The notes under the pieces were generated by a model that was not told the origin of the DNA, made no database searches, and saw only the letters and a list, made by a program, of their open reading frames with translations. The translations under genes were made by a program, and so were the position numbers. Of a DNA stretch of 64,000 nt, positions 1 through 10,800 are shown one piece after another. This DNA comes from Entomortierella parvispora E1425. Taxonomy: Eukaryota > Fungi > Mortierellomycota. The stretch's first letter is position 1. Each line of letters opens with the position of its first letter. The stretch spans positions 2,170,001-2,234,000 of the forward strand of contig BQFW01000015.1 of NCBI GenBank assembly GCA_020891255.1, read 5' to 3'.

Positions 1-3000
1 CAACTGACTCGTGCCAACTTGTCAAAGTCAGTCATTCCTGGATCGCCTTTAAGCAGATTAACGGTAAGGGGTGAGCATCGTGTTACCAATCCGGTGTCTT
101 AATGATCATTCAACTGAATATGTTCAATCATTTATTGTTCAGGATCCATTGGTATTTTGCCGGTGGGAACCGTTGGTCGAATTCCACAGGATTTTCATCT
201 GCTGAGCGCACATGGCTCAGGCGTTTCTGAATGGGAGTTTAGCCCTTTCGATGCTAATTGCTTGATCACTGGTGCCGAGAATGGCGAGGTAGAGAAGGAT
301 ACAATCAGGTTCAACGACGTTCTCTTGGATGATTCTATCTTCTAATGCTAATACTCTATTTTAACTTGGTCAGATCAAAGTGTGGCGGATTATTTCTCGG
401 GATGATTCTGTATCTACAGAGCTGGTTCTCACTATCAACACAGGAACTGGGAAGGGCGTGGAGTCTATTGTTCACCATCCAACGTCCAGCGAGGTAATGC
501 CGGCCGCATTTGTCAAACCTCTAACGACATGAACTTGCAAGAAAATAACTCTATTTCTTGACCGACTAGATCTTTGCATCAGCGTCGGGCAATCTGGTTC
601 AAATTTGGGATATTTCTGGTAAGGCTCAAGGGACCTCCCTCACTTCCCCAGCTTACACGTTGACCCACCCAAACACTGTCAGCAGTGTCTCCTGGAAAGC
701 GGACGGAGCGCTCCTGGCCACGACCTGTAAGGACACCCGAATTAGAGTGTTTGATCCTCGCAAGCAAGAGACCTCGGTCCAGGTACCTGCGCAATATTCT
801 GAGACGAACAAATATATTGTTAAGTTGATCTAACAGCCCTCAACTTGAATATAGGATGGTGTTGGTCATGCTGGAAACCGTTCCTCTCGAGTGATTTGGT
901 TGGGTGAGAAGGATTTGTTGGCCACAGTCGGATTTAACAAGATGCGCGAGCGAGAGGTCGCAGTGTGGAATGCAGGAGACCTAAGCAAGTCACTGGATAT
1001 GAAACGCATGGATTCTTCCTCTGGACTCACGTTGCCGCTTTACGACGAGGATACGTCCATCCTATTCATCCCATCGAGAGGAGAGTCCATCATTCGTTGG
1101 ATCGAGATTTCAGACTCTGCACCTTTTATGACGGAGGGGGCGGCATTCTCTGCACAAGGGTCTGTTAATGGTGCGGCACTGGTGCCGAAGCAGCTTATGA
1201 ATGTCATGCAGACTGAGATTGTTCGGATCCTTACTGTCACACCTACGAGTCTCTGGCCCGTTAGCGTTAATATTCCTCGAAAGGTAGGTTGTCACTCACC
1301 TGCCACGGAGCCCGCGAGTTTGAGACTAATTCATGAAGATGCTAACAGGTTTGCAATGATGACTGTAGAGTTACTTGGATTTTCACGCAGACATTTTCCC
1401 AGACACAAAGTCCACTACTCCTGGCTCAACGGCATCCGAGTGGCTCTGCGGGAACAATGGGGTTGTTCCAAGGGTATCTCTTGATCCAGGAATGGCAGGC
1501 AAGCCAATTTGGATGCAAAACGGTATTAGCGACAGACCTGTTCCTTCCAAGTTTGTTTCCTCAGCCACTACTGTTGCTCCTATTCCTAAGGTGGTGAGTC
1601 AGCCATCGACTATACCATCGGTTCTGGCGCCAGCCCCAGTTCCAGATTCAACAGCAACCACAGTTCCAGTAGCAGCAGCTCCAGCAGCCGAACCAAAGTC
1701 CGTATCCACGCCAACCGCTGTTACTACAGCCAAAGAACCTACAACGGAAGCATCAGTCACTCAGGATAAGACAAATCCAAGAACCGCAAATCCAAGCACC
1801 GCAAGCCCTGCGGTAACCACACCTACAACTTCAAAGGCACCTACCGCCACAGCGACATCTGCTACACCTGTGGCACCTTCTTTATCTAAACCAAGCTCTG
1901 CGACAACATCGCCCTTGGTTTCACGTCTGGCTACCCAGAGGAGCTCAAAGTTCCGATTCCTCTCTTTTAAACCCTACCACACGAGCTCGCATTTTGAGAA
2001 TATCCAAGGATTGAGCATCAGCACGACGCCAGAGTGCAACTTAATTGAGGTACCCCCCTCCATCCCCGATTGCTGAAACAGAGTTATGTAATCTGTTCTA
2101 TTTTGTTCATGTCAAGTCTTTTCTATTTATCGTTCATAGGTCAACTCCAAATTTTTAGCCTTGCCTCTTCATGGAACTGGAGGTCGCGTTGGTATTCTGA
2201 AAATATCAGAGCCAGGTCGTGTGGGAGCCGCGGTGCCCTATCTTGTCTGCTCATCTGATCTTTCCGGCTTCAAGTTTGATCCTTTCAATCCCAATCTTCT
2301 GGTGACCGCTTCAGATGATACCAAAATCAAAGGATGGATTCTGCCTGACGATGGTCTCGACAAGGAAAATCCTGTGACTAAGCCCAACTGGACTCTCGGT
2401 GCCCCTACCATGGAAAAGATCTCTCTTGTTCTTTTCCATCCTCGAGCCAAGGATGTGTTGCTCTCTGCTTCCATGGATCGGGATGATCCTACTATTCGCC
2501 TCTGGGACCTCAAGGCTCAGAAGGAGAAGTTGGCCATTAAAGGCCACAAGGCTACAGTATGTTGTGTTTGATGTGGAACTGGACCTGCTCTATGAGGACA
2601 AAGGAGAAGAGACCCGATTTTTTTTCTGACCTGATGTTGTTTTGTATTGCAATTTCAAAGATTTTTAGCTGCGCTTTCAATCACGACGGCACCAAAATTG
2701 TATCTGTATGCAAAGACAAGAAGGTTCGAGTCTGGAGTGCAACCACGGGCGAACTTTTGCAAGAGGGGCCAAACCATGATAGTCTTCGTTCATGCCGAGT
2801 ACTCTGGTTGGGAGATTCGGATGTAATTGCGAGTGTCGGCTTCGGAAGGTAAGAAGATTTGGGGGTTTTTTTTCTTTTTTTTTTTTTTTTTTTTTTTTTT
2901 TTGGAAAATCAATCATTTTTCAATGTAATTTACTCAAAACATTTTTTATGATCTACAGGGGAAGCCAACGTGAGATCCTGCTCTTTGATGCAAATGATTT

Positions 3001-3763
3001 GAAGCGCGGATCGATCGATTCCAAGAAGATGGACACTTCTCCAGGAATTCTTGTACCTCATTACGACGCTGACACGTCTGTGCTCGGAGTTTCGGCTCGC
3101 GGAGACCGCGTGATGCGTCACTTTGAGATCGTGCTTGAGAACAAAGACCACCTTGGACCAGGCAAAACCATGTTTGTGGATGTGGCCAGTCTGGAGCAAG
3201 GCTCGCTGCAGCAAGATGTTGCTTATCTTCCCAAGAAGTACTGTGATGTTCGGGAGGTTGAGCTAGCCAAGATGTATCGATTGACTTATAACAGTGTTGA
3301 GGTCATCCGTGTTTCCGTACCTCGTCAAAAGAAGGAGCTCTTTCAAGACGATCTCTTCCCTGATACGATCGACATGGAAACGCCATCGATTGATGCTGAC
3401 GAGTTCTTCTCTGGCACCGGTTTAGCGGTGGCTCCACAAAAAATTAGCCTTCGCCCTGCGGATATGGAGTCATGTAAGTTCTCTAGGAAAACTCAATTGA
3501 CGGTCAACGCTTGCCTATTAACGGATGTGCTTGCCCTTTTTTCCCTCATAGTGACTCAGCATAGCAGTTTGACCCCAGTGACACCACAGCAGGGCGGTAA
3601 TTCTCTGGACAAATTCCTTTTAGGCAAGCAGCAGGTCGCAGAAGACGAGCGCAAGCGCCTGGCTATGGAGCGTATGTTTGAAAGTGCCAAGGAGTCAAAG
3701 GCAGATCGCGATACCCTTGTACCTGATACTGGCATTATTGATGACGACGAATGGGATGATTAG
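1..3763 (+). CDS. CORO7: Tandem coronin (coronin-7/POD-1 class), 5' end outside window; multi-exon
   Basis: Two coronin WD40 beta-propeller units: SAHGSGVSEWEFSPF, WNAGDLSK..LDSSSGLTLPLYDEDT, IPRK..FHADIFPDT, then a second unit with FKFDPFNPNLL and VPRQKKELFQDDLFPDT. They are joined by a T/A/P-rich linker and end in acidic IIDDDEWDD (stop TAG 3761-3763). GT-AG introns seen, e.g. 64-142, 289-372, 1285-1369, 2849-2958. Confidence 0.88.
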
Positions 3764-4127
3764 ACGCCCAGCAGCAATACGTATGTAATAAAAGTAGGCC
3801 ATGGTTGGTCTGCCATGATGATCGATTGCCACCACCACCACGTGATGACTTTGCTGCGGGGTCCATTCAGCCCCTTAACAAAGGCGGGAAGTGAGGTGAC
3901 CATTGGAGCGAAGGAGTCGTCCACTCGTGTGCCCAGACTGTCCCAGGAAGGGGAAGGAAGCAGCGAAAGAAAGGGATCCATCTCTCCATCAAGCGATCCT
4001 CTTTCTCTCTTCTTATTCTCCTGAACCCCTTCTCTTCCCGTGTCCTGCTGCCCGGCCCCCTCTTCGTATTTATCCCTGCCCCTTCCTCTTTGCCATACTC
4101 TCTCAAAGACTCCCCCGATCGCTCTCA

Positions 4128-6727
4128 ATGGACAAGTCGTTGCACGTTACTGGCATCCTCATCTACCGCCACCAAAGGAACTCCACCGAGGTTTTACTCG
4201 TCAACGACTCTTTCAACCACAAGCGACACTGGACCGCGCCCAAGGGCAGGGTCATTGGCGATGAAGACGAGCTCAAGTATGTTCCCATGCCCTTTTCCTT
4301 AATTTTCCATTGACGGATGCCGTTCCACTCAGCTTTACACGCGCTCAATGGAGCATGCCGGAAAGAAGACATATGGTCTGATCAGCTCGCCGATGGGGAA
4401 GATTGCACATTAACCAGACACTAACACTTTCTTGTATGTGAATAGATGCGCTCTCCGCGAGACTTTGGAGATCACTGGACTCTCGGTCAAGGACCTGAAG
4501 GTTGAGGATGGATTCCGCGCCGAGATCAAATACCTCTCTGGAACAAAGTATGGACTGGAACAGTGTTTTCATGCACATTCACTAAAGACTGGAGGAACAT
4601 CTTTTCCTAACTGGGTTGTCATTGATTGCTACTAATTCTCTTCCTTGCAATGTCCACACTAGGCCAAAGCGTGTGGTCTATTATCTAGCAGAGTTGACGG
4701 ATAGTTCCAGAGTACTTCCTTCAGGCGAGGGCGTTCAATTCTCTTGGTGCAACTTGCAGCAGGCGACCGACAAGGCCCTCTACAGGACTATGCAGGACGT
4801 CCTCCGTATGGCTTTTACTGCGGCAGAGGCCAGTCGGGCTAAGGCATTGGCCGCAGCCCCCCAAAAGATCCACCGTAGCTCCAACAACAACAGCGGCGAC
4901 AGCCTCGAGTCCAACATGAAGAACCTCAACATTGCTCTTCCACTAGACTCTCAGCGCCAGGCCCTCAACCGCGGTTACAATGGAGCCAATAGTGGCGGAG
5001 GTGGTCAAGGCCGCGAGCGTGACCAACGATATGGAGGTGACCGTGAACACACTGGACGCCAAGGCGGCAACGGTAGGATTTTTACTTGTGAAATGAATTC
5101 AGAATTGAATGCGATCCCATCTCTTGCGGCCAGCTAACGGTCTGTTTTGCATTATTCTAGGAGGTAACCCCGCGTCCTCTCATGCGGATAACCCCAATTA
5201 CAAGACACGCCTCTGTGAGCGGTTCGAAACGGAGCAGTTCTGCCCCTACTATGCAAAGTGCACCTTTGCCCATGGTGCTGCAGAGTTGCGCCAACGTCCC
5301 GTCACTGCAGATCAGGATAAGCCCATGTCGGCCGTACAAGCATCCTATCAGAATAGAGCCAAGCGTACTGAAGCCACTGAGAACGAGTTTCTCAAGACTC
5401 GCCTATGCGAGCGCTTCATGAACGATGGGGAGTGTCCCTTCGGATCCAAATGCACTTACGCTCATGGACGTGAAGAGCTCCGCCAGCGTGCAGGTTATCA
5501 GGGCAACAATGGCGGTAATGGAGGTGGCATGAACAATGGAGGTGTGGGCGGTCAAGGACGACCCTACAACCGTGATGGTTATGCCGAGGACCGTTTTAAC
5601 AGATCGGATGCTGCAGGACAAGATCGTCCTTATCGCCCACAGCACACTTATCAGTCTACTAACTCGGGAGCTGAAGACAGATCCTTCCGTCGCCCAGAGG
5701 CGCCCTTCCGATCGACCTTTTCTGAGAACGCCCGTGAAAACCGCGATGGCCCTTATAGACCACCTCAGGCTCTCGAGCAGGAGCGTTACCGTCCTCAGCC
5801 GGATACAACCAACACCACAGGAACTTACCGTGTTCCACAGGCTCGACTTGCACCCAACCAATCCCAGGAGGACTCTTCTGTAAGCCGCTCTGTCCTCGCC
5901 CCTAGGGCCACCATTCCTTCAACTTCAACCTTGACGGCGGCTCCACCTGTTGCTTCGCCTGTGACAAACATCTCGCCTGCTACTACGCCTGTTCTTGGTA
6001 GCGAAAAGACCATGAATGGTCGTCGCCGTGTGCAAGATCTTAATGTATGGAGCCTTTATGTTTTTGATTAGCAATTTGCACCCTCTATTTGCACTGTAGA
6101 GCTAACATGTTTTATCACGGTTAATGATATTAGGACAAGCCTCGCGCCAAGGTAGTAGAGATGTCGAGTGAAGACATGGAGAAGTTTCAGCTTCGCAGAC
6201 CCGACACCCCTGTGGCTGCCAAGCCGGACTCGAAGCAGGCTCAGCGGGACCAATTGATCCAAGATCTTCAAAAGTTTTTCCAGAATGGACACCAGTTGGC
6301 AGTAGGCCAGGACAAGAAGCAGCAGCAGCAGCAACTTCAAGAAGAGATCAAGGAAGTGACGCGAGTCGAGATGCGCAACGGACTGACCAAGGCACAACTG
6401 TATTATATTTTGGTTGCCAGTTTGTTCACGGAGACGTCGATCGAAACATGGAAGAGGGTCTTGGCCGACAAGGAAAAGTTGCTGGCCAACTTTGTGCGTT
6501 CCAGCGAGGATCAGTTGACTTTGATGCGTGCTTGGGAGCAATTGTTTGTTAAGCACCGACCCAACATGATGGCCAGGGCGCCGATCGTGATGAAGGGTCT
6601 GTATGACAGCGAGTTGGTTGAGGAGGATGTGATGTTGTCTTGGTATGACTTGCCTACGACGGATGCAGAGCTCAAGAAGAAGTGCGTGGTCTTTGTAGAT
6701 TGGCTCCGTTCAGCGGAGGAGGAGTAG
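4128..6727 (+). CDS. Multidomain protein: NUDT2/Ap4A-hydrolase-like Nudix domain + 2 CCCH zinc fingers + low-complexity region + C-terminal W2 (eIF5/eIF2B-epsilon/eIF4G-type) domain, 712 aa
   Basis: Exons 4128-4276, 4446-4547, 4663-5072, 5161-6044 and 6134-6727 sum to 2139 nt in frame with canonical GT-AG sites. Motifs: HWTAPKGRVIGDEDELKCALRETLEITGL and KPKRVVYYLAEL (NUDT2-like); YKTRLC-X8-C-X5-C-X3-H and LKTRLC-X8-C-X5-C-X3-H; LYDSELVEEDVMLSWY and FVDWLRSAEEE (W2 acidic-aromatic boxes). Confidence 0.85.
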
Positions 6728-7439
6728 ATGCCGTAGTTTGTTCTTTTCAGATGTTGTTCCTCGACATTTTTCCCCTTCCGTTTTGATTGACCCTTTATCA
6801 TTATTCATTTTTATCGCGCTCTTGAACCATTGCCCTTTTTTTTTTGTTGGCGAACCCTCTCTCGTTTTTTCTGCTCACGTTGGCGAACAGAGGCGACACC
6901 ATACCGGAAATCTTTATTTGTCTACCTCGCACTCATTTTTTTTTGTATTGTACCAACAACAATGAAAGAATATTATCCAAAAAAAATGGGTGTTGGGTCG
7001 TTGGGAGGTTGGGAAGTTTGGACTTTGGATCCAACACGACACCAAGCCAGGAACGGACAAAATGAAAGGCAAAGACAGAGACAGAAACAGAGACAGGAGG
7101 ACAGCAGGAACCCAGAAAGCCGAGCAGCCTTGTTCGAGATGGGGTAAGGGACTGATTGGCCCGCGATAACTGAATTTAAAGATCCATTGGGTCAGTTTCG
7201 CCCCCCTCCACTCTTCCCAAGTCCCAACAAAAGACCAAGCGACAAGAGAAAGATCGTCGTTTGAATCGAGCCTCTGTACGTGATTCGAGACGCTTTCACC
7301 AAACATCCTTCCTAAGAAGTCCCTCTTCTTGCCCCCCAGCAAACAAAGGCAGGCGGCAAACAGGGTCCCACGTACACCCACACCCACACCCACCACACAG
7401 TCACTCTGGGCCAGTTGGCCAATGCCGTCGATGGGGAGT

Positions 7440-7807
7440 AGAGTTGAGTTGAGTTTGTGTTCGCGTCTCTCCCCCATCGTCCGCTTACTCTCCCACACTT
7501 TTTTACTTTTCTCAAGGTCGTCCTCTGGTCGCTTTCTTTCTCTTCTCTCTTCTCTCTTCTTCTCCTCCCTTCTTGTTTCCCCACTCTTCCCCTTCTCTTC
7601 ATCCCCTGTGCTGCCTGTTCCCTTCACGCTTGCACTCCCCACCCCCACCCCCACCTCACTCTCGCATCCATTCCAGATCCCTCTCCGAATTCCCCATCTC
7701 GCATTCGCATTCCTCCCTGCACAATCTCACTTTTTTTTATCCTCCTGCACGTTTCTGTTAATTTTTATTCCCCTACTTCCCCCCTACCCACTCTCGTTTA
7801 ACCCATC
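7440..7807 (+). promoter_or_regulatory. Pyrimidine-rich proximal promoter/5' UTR of ACC1, with CCAAT elements just upstream (~7155, ~7420)
   Basis: Long CT-rich tract immediately before the ATG at 7808, as is typical of highly expressed fungal genes. ATTGG and CCAAT are visible upstream. Confidence 0.45.
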
Positions 7808-10800
7808 ATGAGCTCCACCTTAGAAGGATTCATCGGTAAGAGAAAAGCAAGCAAAAAAATAAGCCAAAGAAGGATCTTTTGATCTTTGTTTCTCTCATTT
7901 CCTGCAACTAACGGATCGTACTCATGGGACTGTATATCTTATTCCGGAATCGATTATAGGAGGCAACGCATTAGAAAAGGCCCCAGCTGGCGCTGTCCGC
8001 GACTTTGTCAGCCAACATGGAGGTCACAGTGTCATCACAAAGATCCTGATCGCCAACAACGGTATTGCAGCTGTGAAGGAGATCCGTTCGATTCGCAAAT
8101 GGGCTTACGAGACCTTTGGAGATGAGCATGCCATCCAGTTCACTGTCATGGCAACGCCAGAGGATTTGAAGGTCAACGCTGAATATATCCGCATGGCCGA
8201 TCAGTATGTCGAAGTTCCAGGAGGATCCAACAACAACAACTATGCCAACGTTGACTTGATTGTCGATATCGCTGAGCGCACCGGTGTTCACGCGGTCTGG
8301 GCTGGATGGTAAGTCTTTTTTTTTATCTACTTTGGTTCTTTTGTTGCATTCTTCATTTTTGTTTTTTTTTCACTTGGTTGATCTTTCATGGAGGGGCTGA
8401 GAAGTGGGGTCAAGGCGACGTTTCTTTCCCTGAATTCCATGCGCTCTCAAGAACGAGGCGTTTTCAAAAAAAAAACCAGGAAATCGGACTCGGATATAGA
8501 GAGGGCCGGAGAAGGATAAATGTTGCGAGTCAGAGTGCAGGCGAAAGAAGGAGCTGCCAGGCAAGAAAAAAAAAGAGGGATTGGCACTATCTTCAGTACG
8601 CCAACAGGGGCGGGAGGGGGGAGAGGAGGGGGATCCGTGCCCAGCCGTTAAAATCATTATCACTCTGAAGTATTGAGCACGAGCGCGAGCATGCAAATGC
8701 ACCAGCCAACCAAGCCGATCTACGGAATCGGATGTGTATCTCAGGGTGCAAGCGAGGATGGTGGCAAGCCCCAAAGGAGATAAAAAAATTGTTGCATCCC
8801 AACATCCCCACCAAAAAAAAAAAAAAAAGAATATTTCGGGGACAGTCACGTCGGCCTTGCAACTTTGTCTCCCTTTTTTTTTTATTAAATGCAATTGTGG
8901 GAAAGAGACTTGATGGGGGTGCAATTAGAGAGGGGGTAAAGAAGGGGACACTCCTAGGAATGGCGATCATGAAAAGAAAAGAGAGATAGCCTGGGAGTCC
9001 TTCCTGTGTTCAAGATCACTCTTGGCCAAGAAAGGAGTGATGGCCGGCACAAGATAAGGACCCAATGCGGTTCTTTTCCGGAATTCATCTTGCTAATTGC
9101 CATTGTCACCGTCCGTGCGTCGTCTTTTCACATCACTAATCACCATCCGTCATCGCTCTATCATCTTTGCAGGGGTCATGCCTCCGAGAACCCCAAGCTG
9201 CCCGAGGCCCTTCGCGACAGCCCTCAGAAGATCATCTTCATTGGACCCCCTGGCTCCGCCATGCGTTCGCTCGGAGACAAGATCTCTTCGACCATTGTCG
9301 CCCAGTCTGCCGATGTCCCCACCATGGGCTGGTCCGGTACCGGTATCAAGGACACCGTCATGGATCCCAACGGCTTTGTCACCGTTCCCGAGGATGCCTA
9401 CATGAACGCCTGTGTGTCCGATGCTGAGGATGGTTTGAAGAAGGCCCACATCATTGGCTTCCCTGTCATGATCAAGGCCTCCGAGGGAGGTGGAGGAAAG
9501 GGTATTCGTAAGGTCGAGGATCCCGAGAAGTTTGCTCAAGCTTTCCAGCAGGTCCTTGGTGAGGTCCCCGGCTCTCCCGTTTTCATCATGAAGCTCGCTG
9601 GTAACGCTCGCCATTTGGAGGTCCAATTGCTTGCTGATCAGTATGGCCATGCCATCTCCCTCTTCGGTCGTGATTGTTCCGTCCAGCGTCGCCATCAAAA
9701 GATTATTGAGGAGGCTCCTGTCACCATCGCCAAGCAGGATACCTTTGAGCAGATGGAGAAGGCTGCTGTCCGTTTGGCCAAGCTTGTCGGTTACGTCTCT
9801 GCCGGTACAGTCGAGTACCTTTACTCTCATTCGACTGATACCTTCTTCTTCCTCGAGCTTAACCCCAGATTGCAGGTCGAGCATCCCACCACCGAGATTG
9901 TCTCGGGCGTTAACTTGCCCGCTGCCCAGCTCCAGATTGCTATGGGTCTGCCCTTGAACCGTATCAAGGATATCCGTGTCCTCTATGGTCTCCAGCCCAC
10001 CGGCACTTCTGAAATCGACTTTGAGTTTGCTCAGCAATCCTCTTTCCAGACTCAGCGCAAGCCTGCCCCCAAGGGTCACGTTATTGCTGTCCGTATCACC
10101 GCCGAGAACCCCGATGCCGGATTCAAGCCCTCGAGCGGAATGATGCAGGAACTTAACTTCCGATCCTCGACCAACGTCTGGGGTTACTTCTCTGTCAGCT
10201 CCGCTGGTGGTCTTCACGAGTTTGCTGACTCGCAGTTCGGACATATTTTTGCCTACGGTCAGGATCGTGGACAGTCCAGGAAGAACATGGTCGTTGCCCT
10301 CAAGGAGCTCTCCATTCGTGGTGACTTCCGTACCACTGTTGAGTATCTCATTCGTCTTTTGGAGACCCAGGAGTTCGAGGAAAACACCATCAACACTGGC
10401 TGGCTCGATACCCTCATCTCCAACAACTTGACCGCTGAGCGCCCAGAGACCATGCTCGCTGTCATGTGCGGTGCTGTCAACCGTGCTCACTCCATCTCTG
10501 AGAGCTGCCTCAAGGAGTACAAGAAGTCTTTGGAGAAGGGTCAGGTTCCCAGCAAGGATGTCCTTCGCTCAGTTAACCAACTCGACTTTATCTATGACGG
10601 TGTTCGCTACAACTTCACCGCCACCCGCTCCGGCCCCAACTCTTATACCTTGTACCTTAACGGCTCCATGATCTCGATCTCTGTTCGCCCCTTGACTGAC
10701 GGTGGACTTTTGGTCTTGTTGGACGGAAAGGCTCACACCACCTACTCGCTTGAGGAGGTCCAAGCCACCCGTCTTATGGTTGATGGCAAGACCTGCTTGC

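Noticed and set aside
2866-2902. Very long poly(T) run, with similar A/T runs elsewhere (e.g. 21768-21793)
   Set aside because: Intronic homopolymers that are common throughout this genome; no target-site duplications suggesting retroposed inserts.
6738-7811. Several 100-250 aa low-complexity ORFs between the Nudix gene and ACC1
   Set aside because: Products of CT/AG-rich promoter sequence; no splice or homology support.
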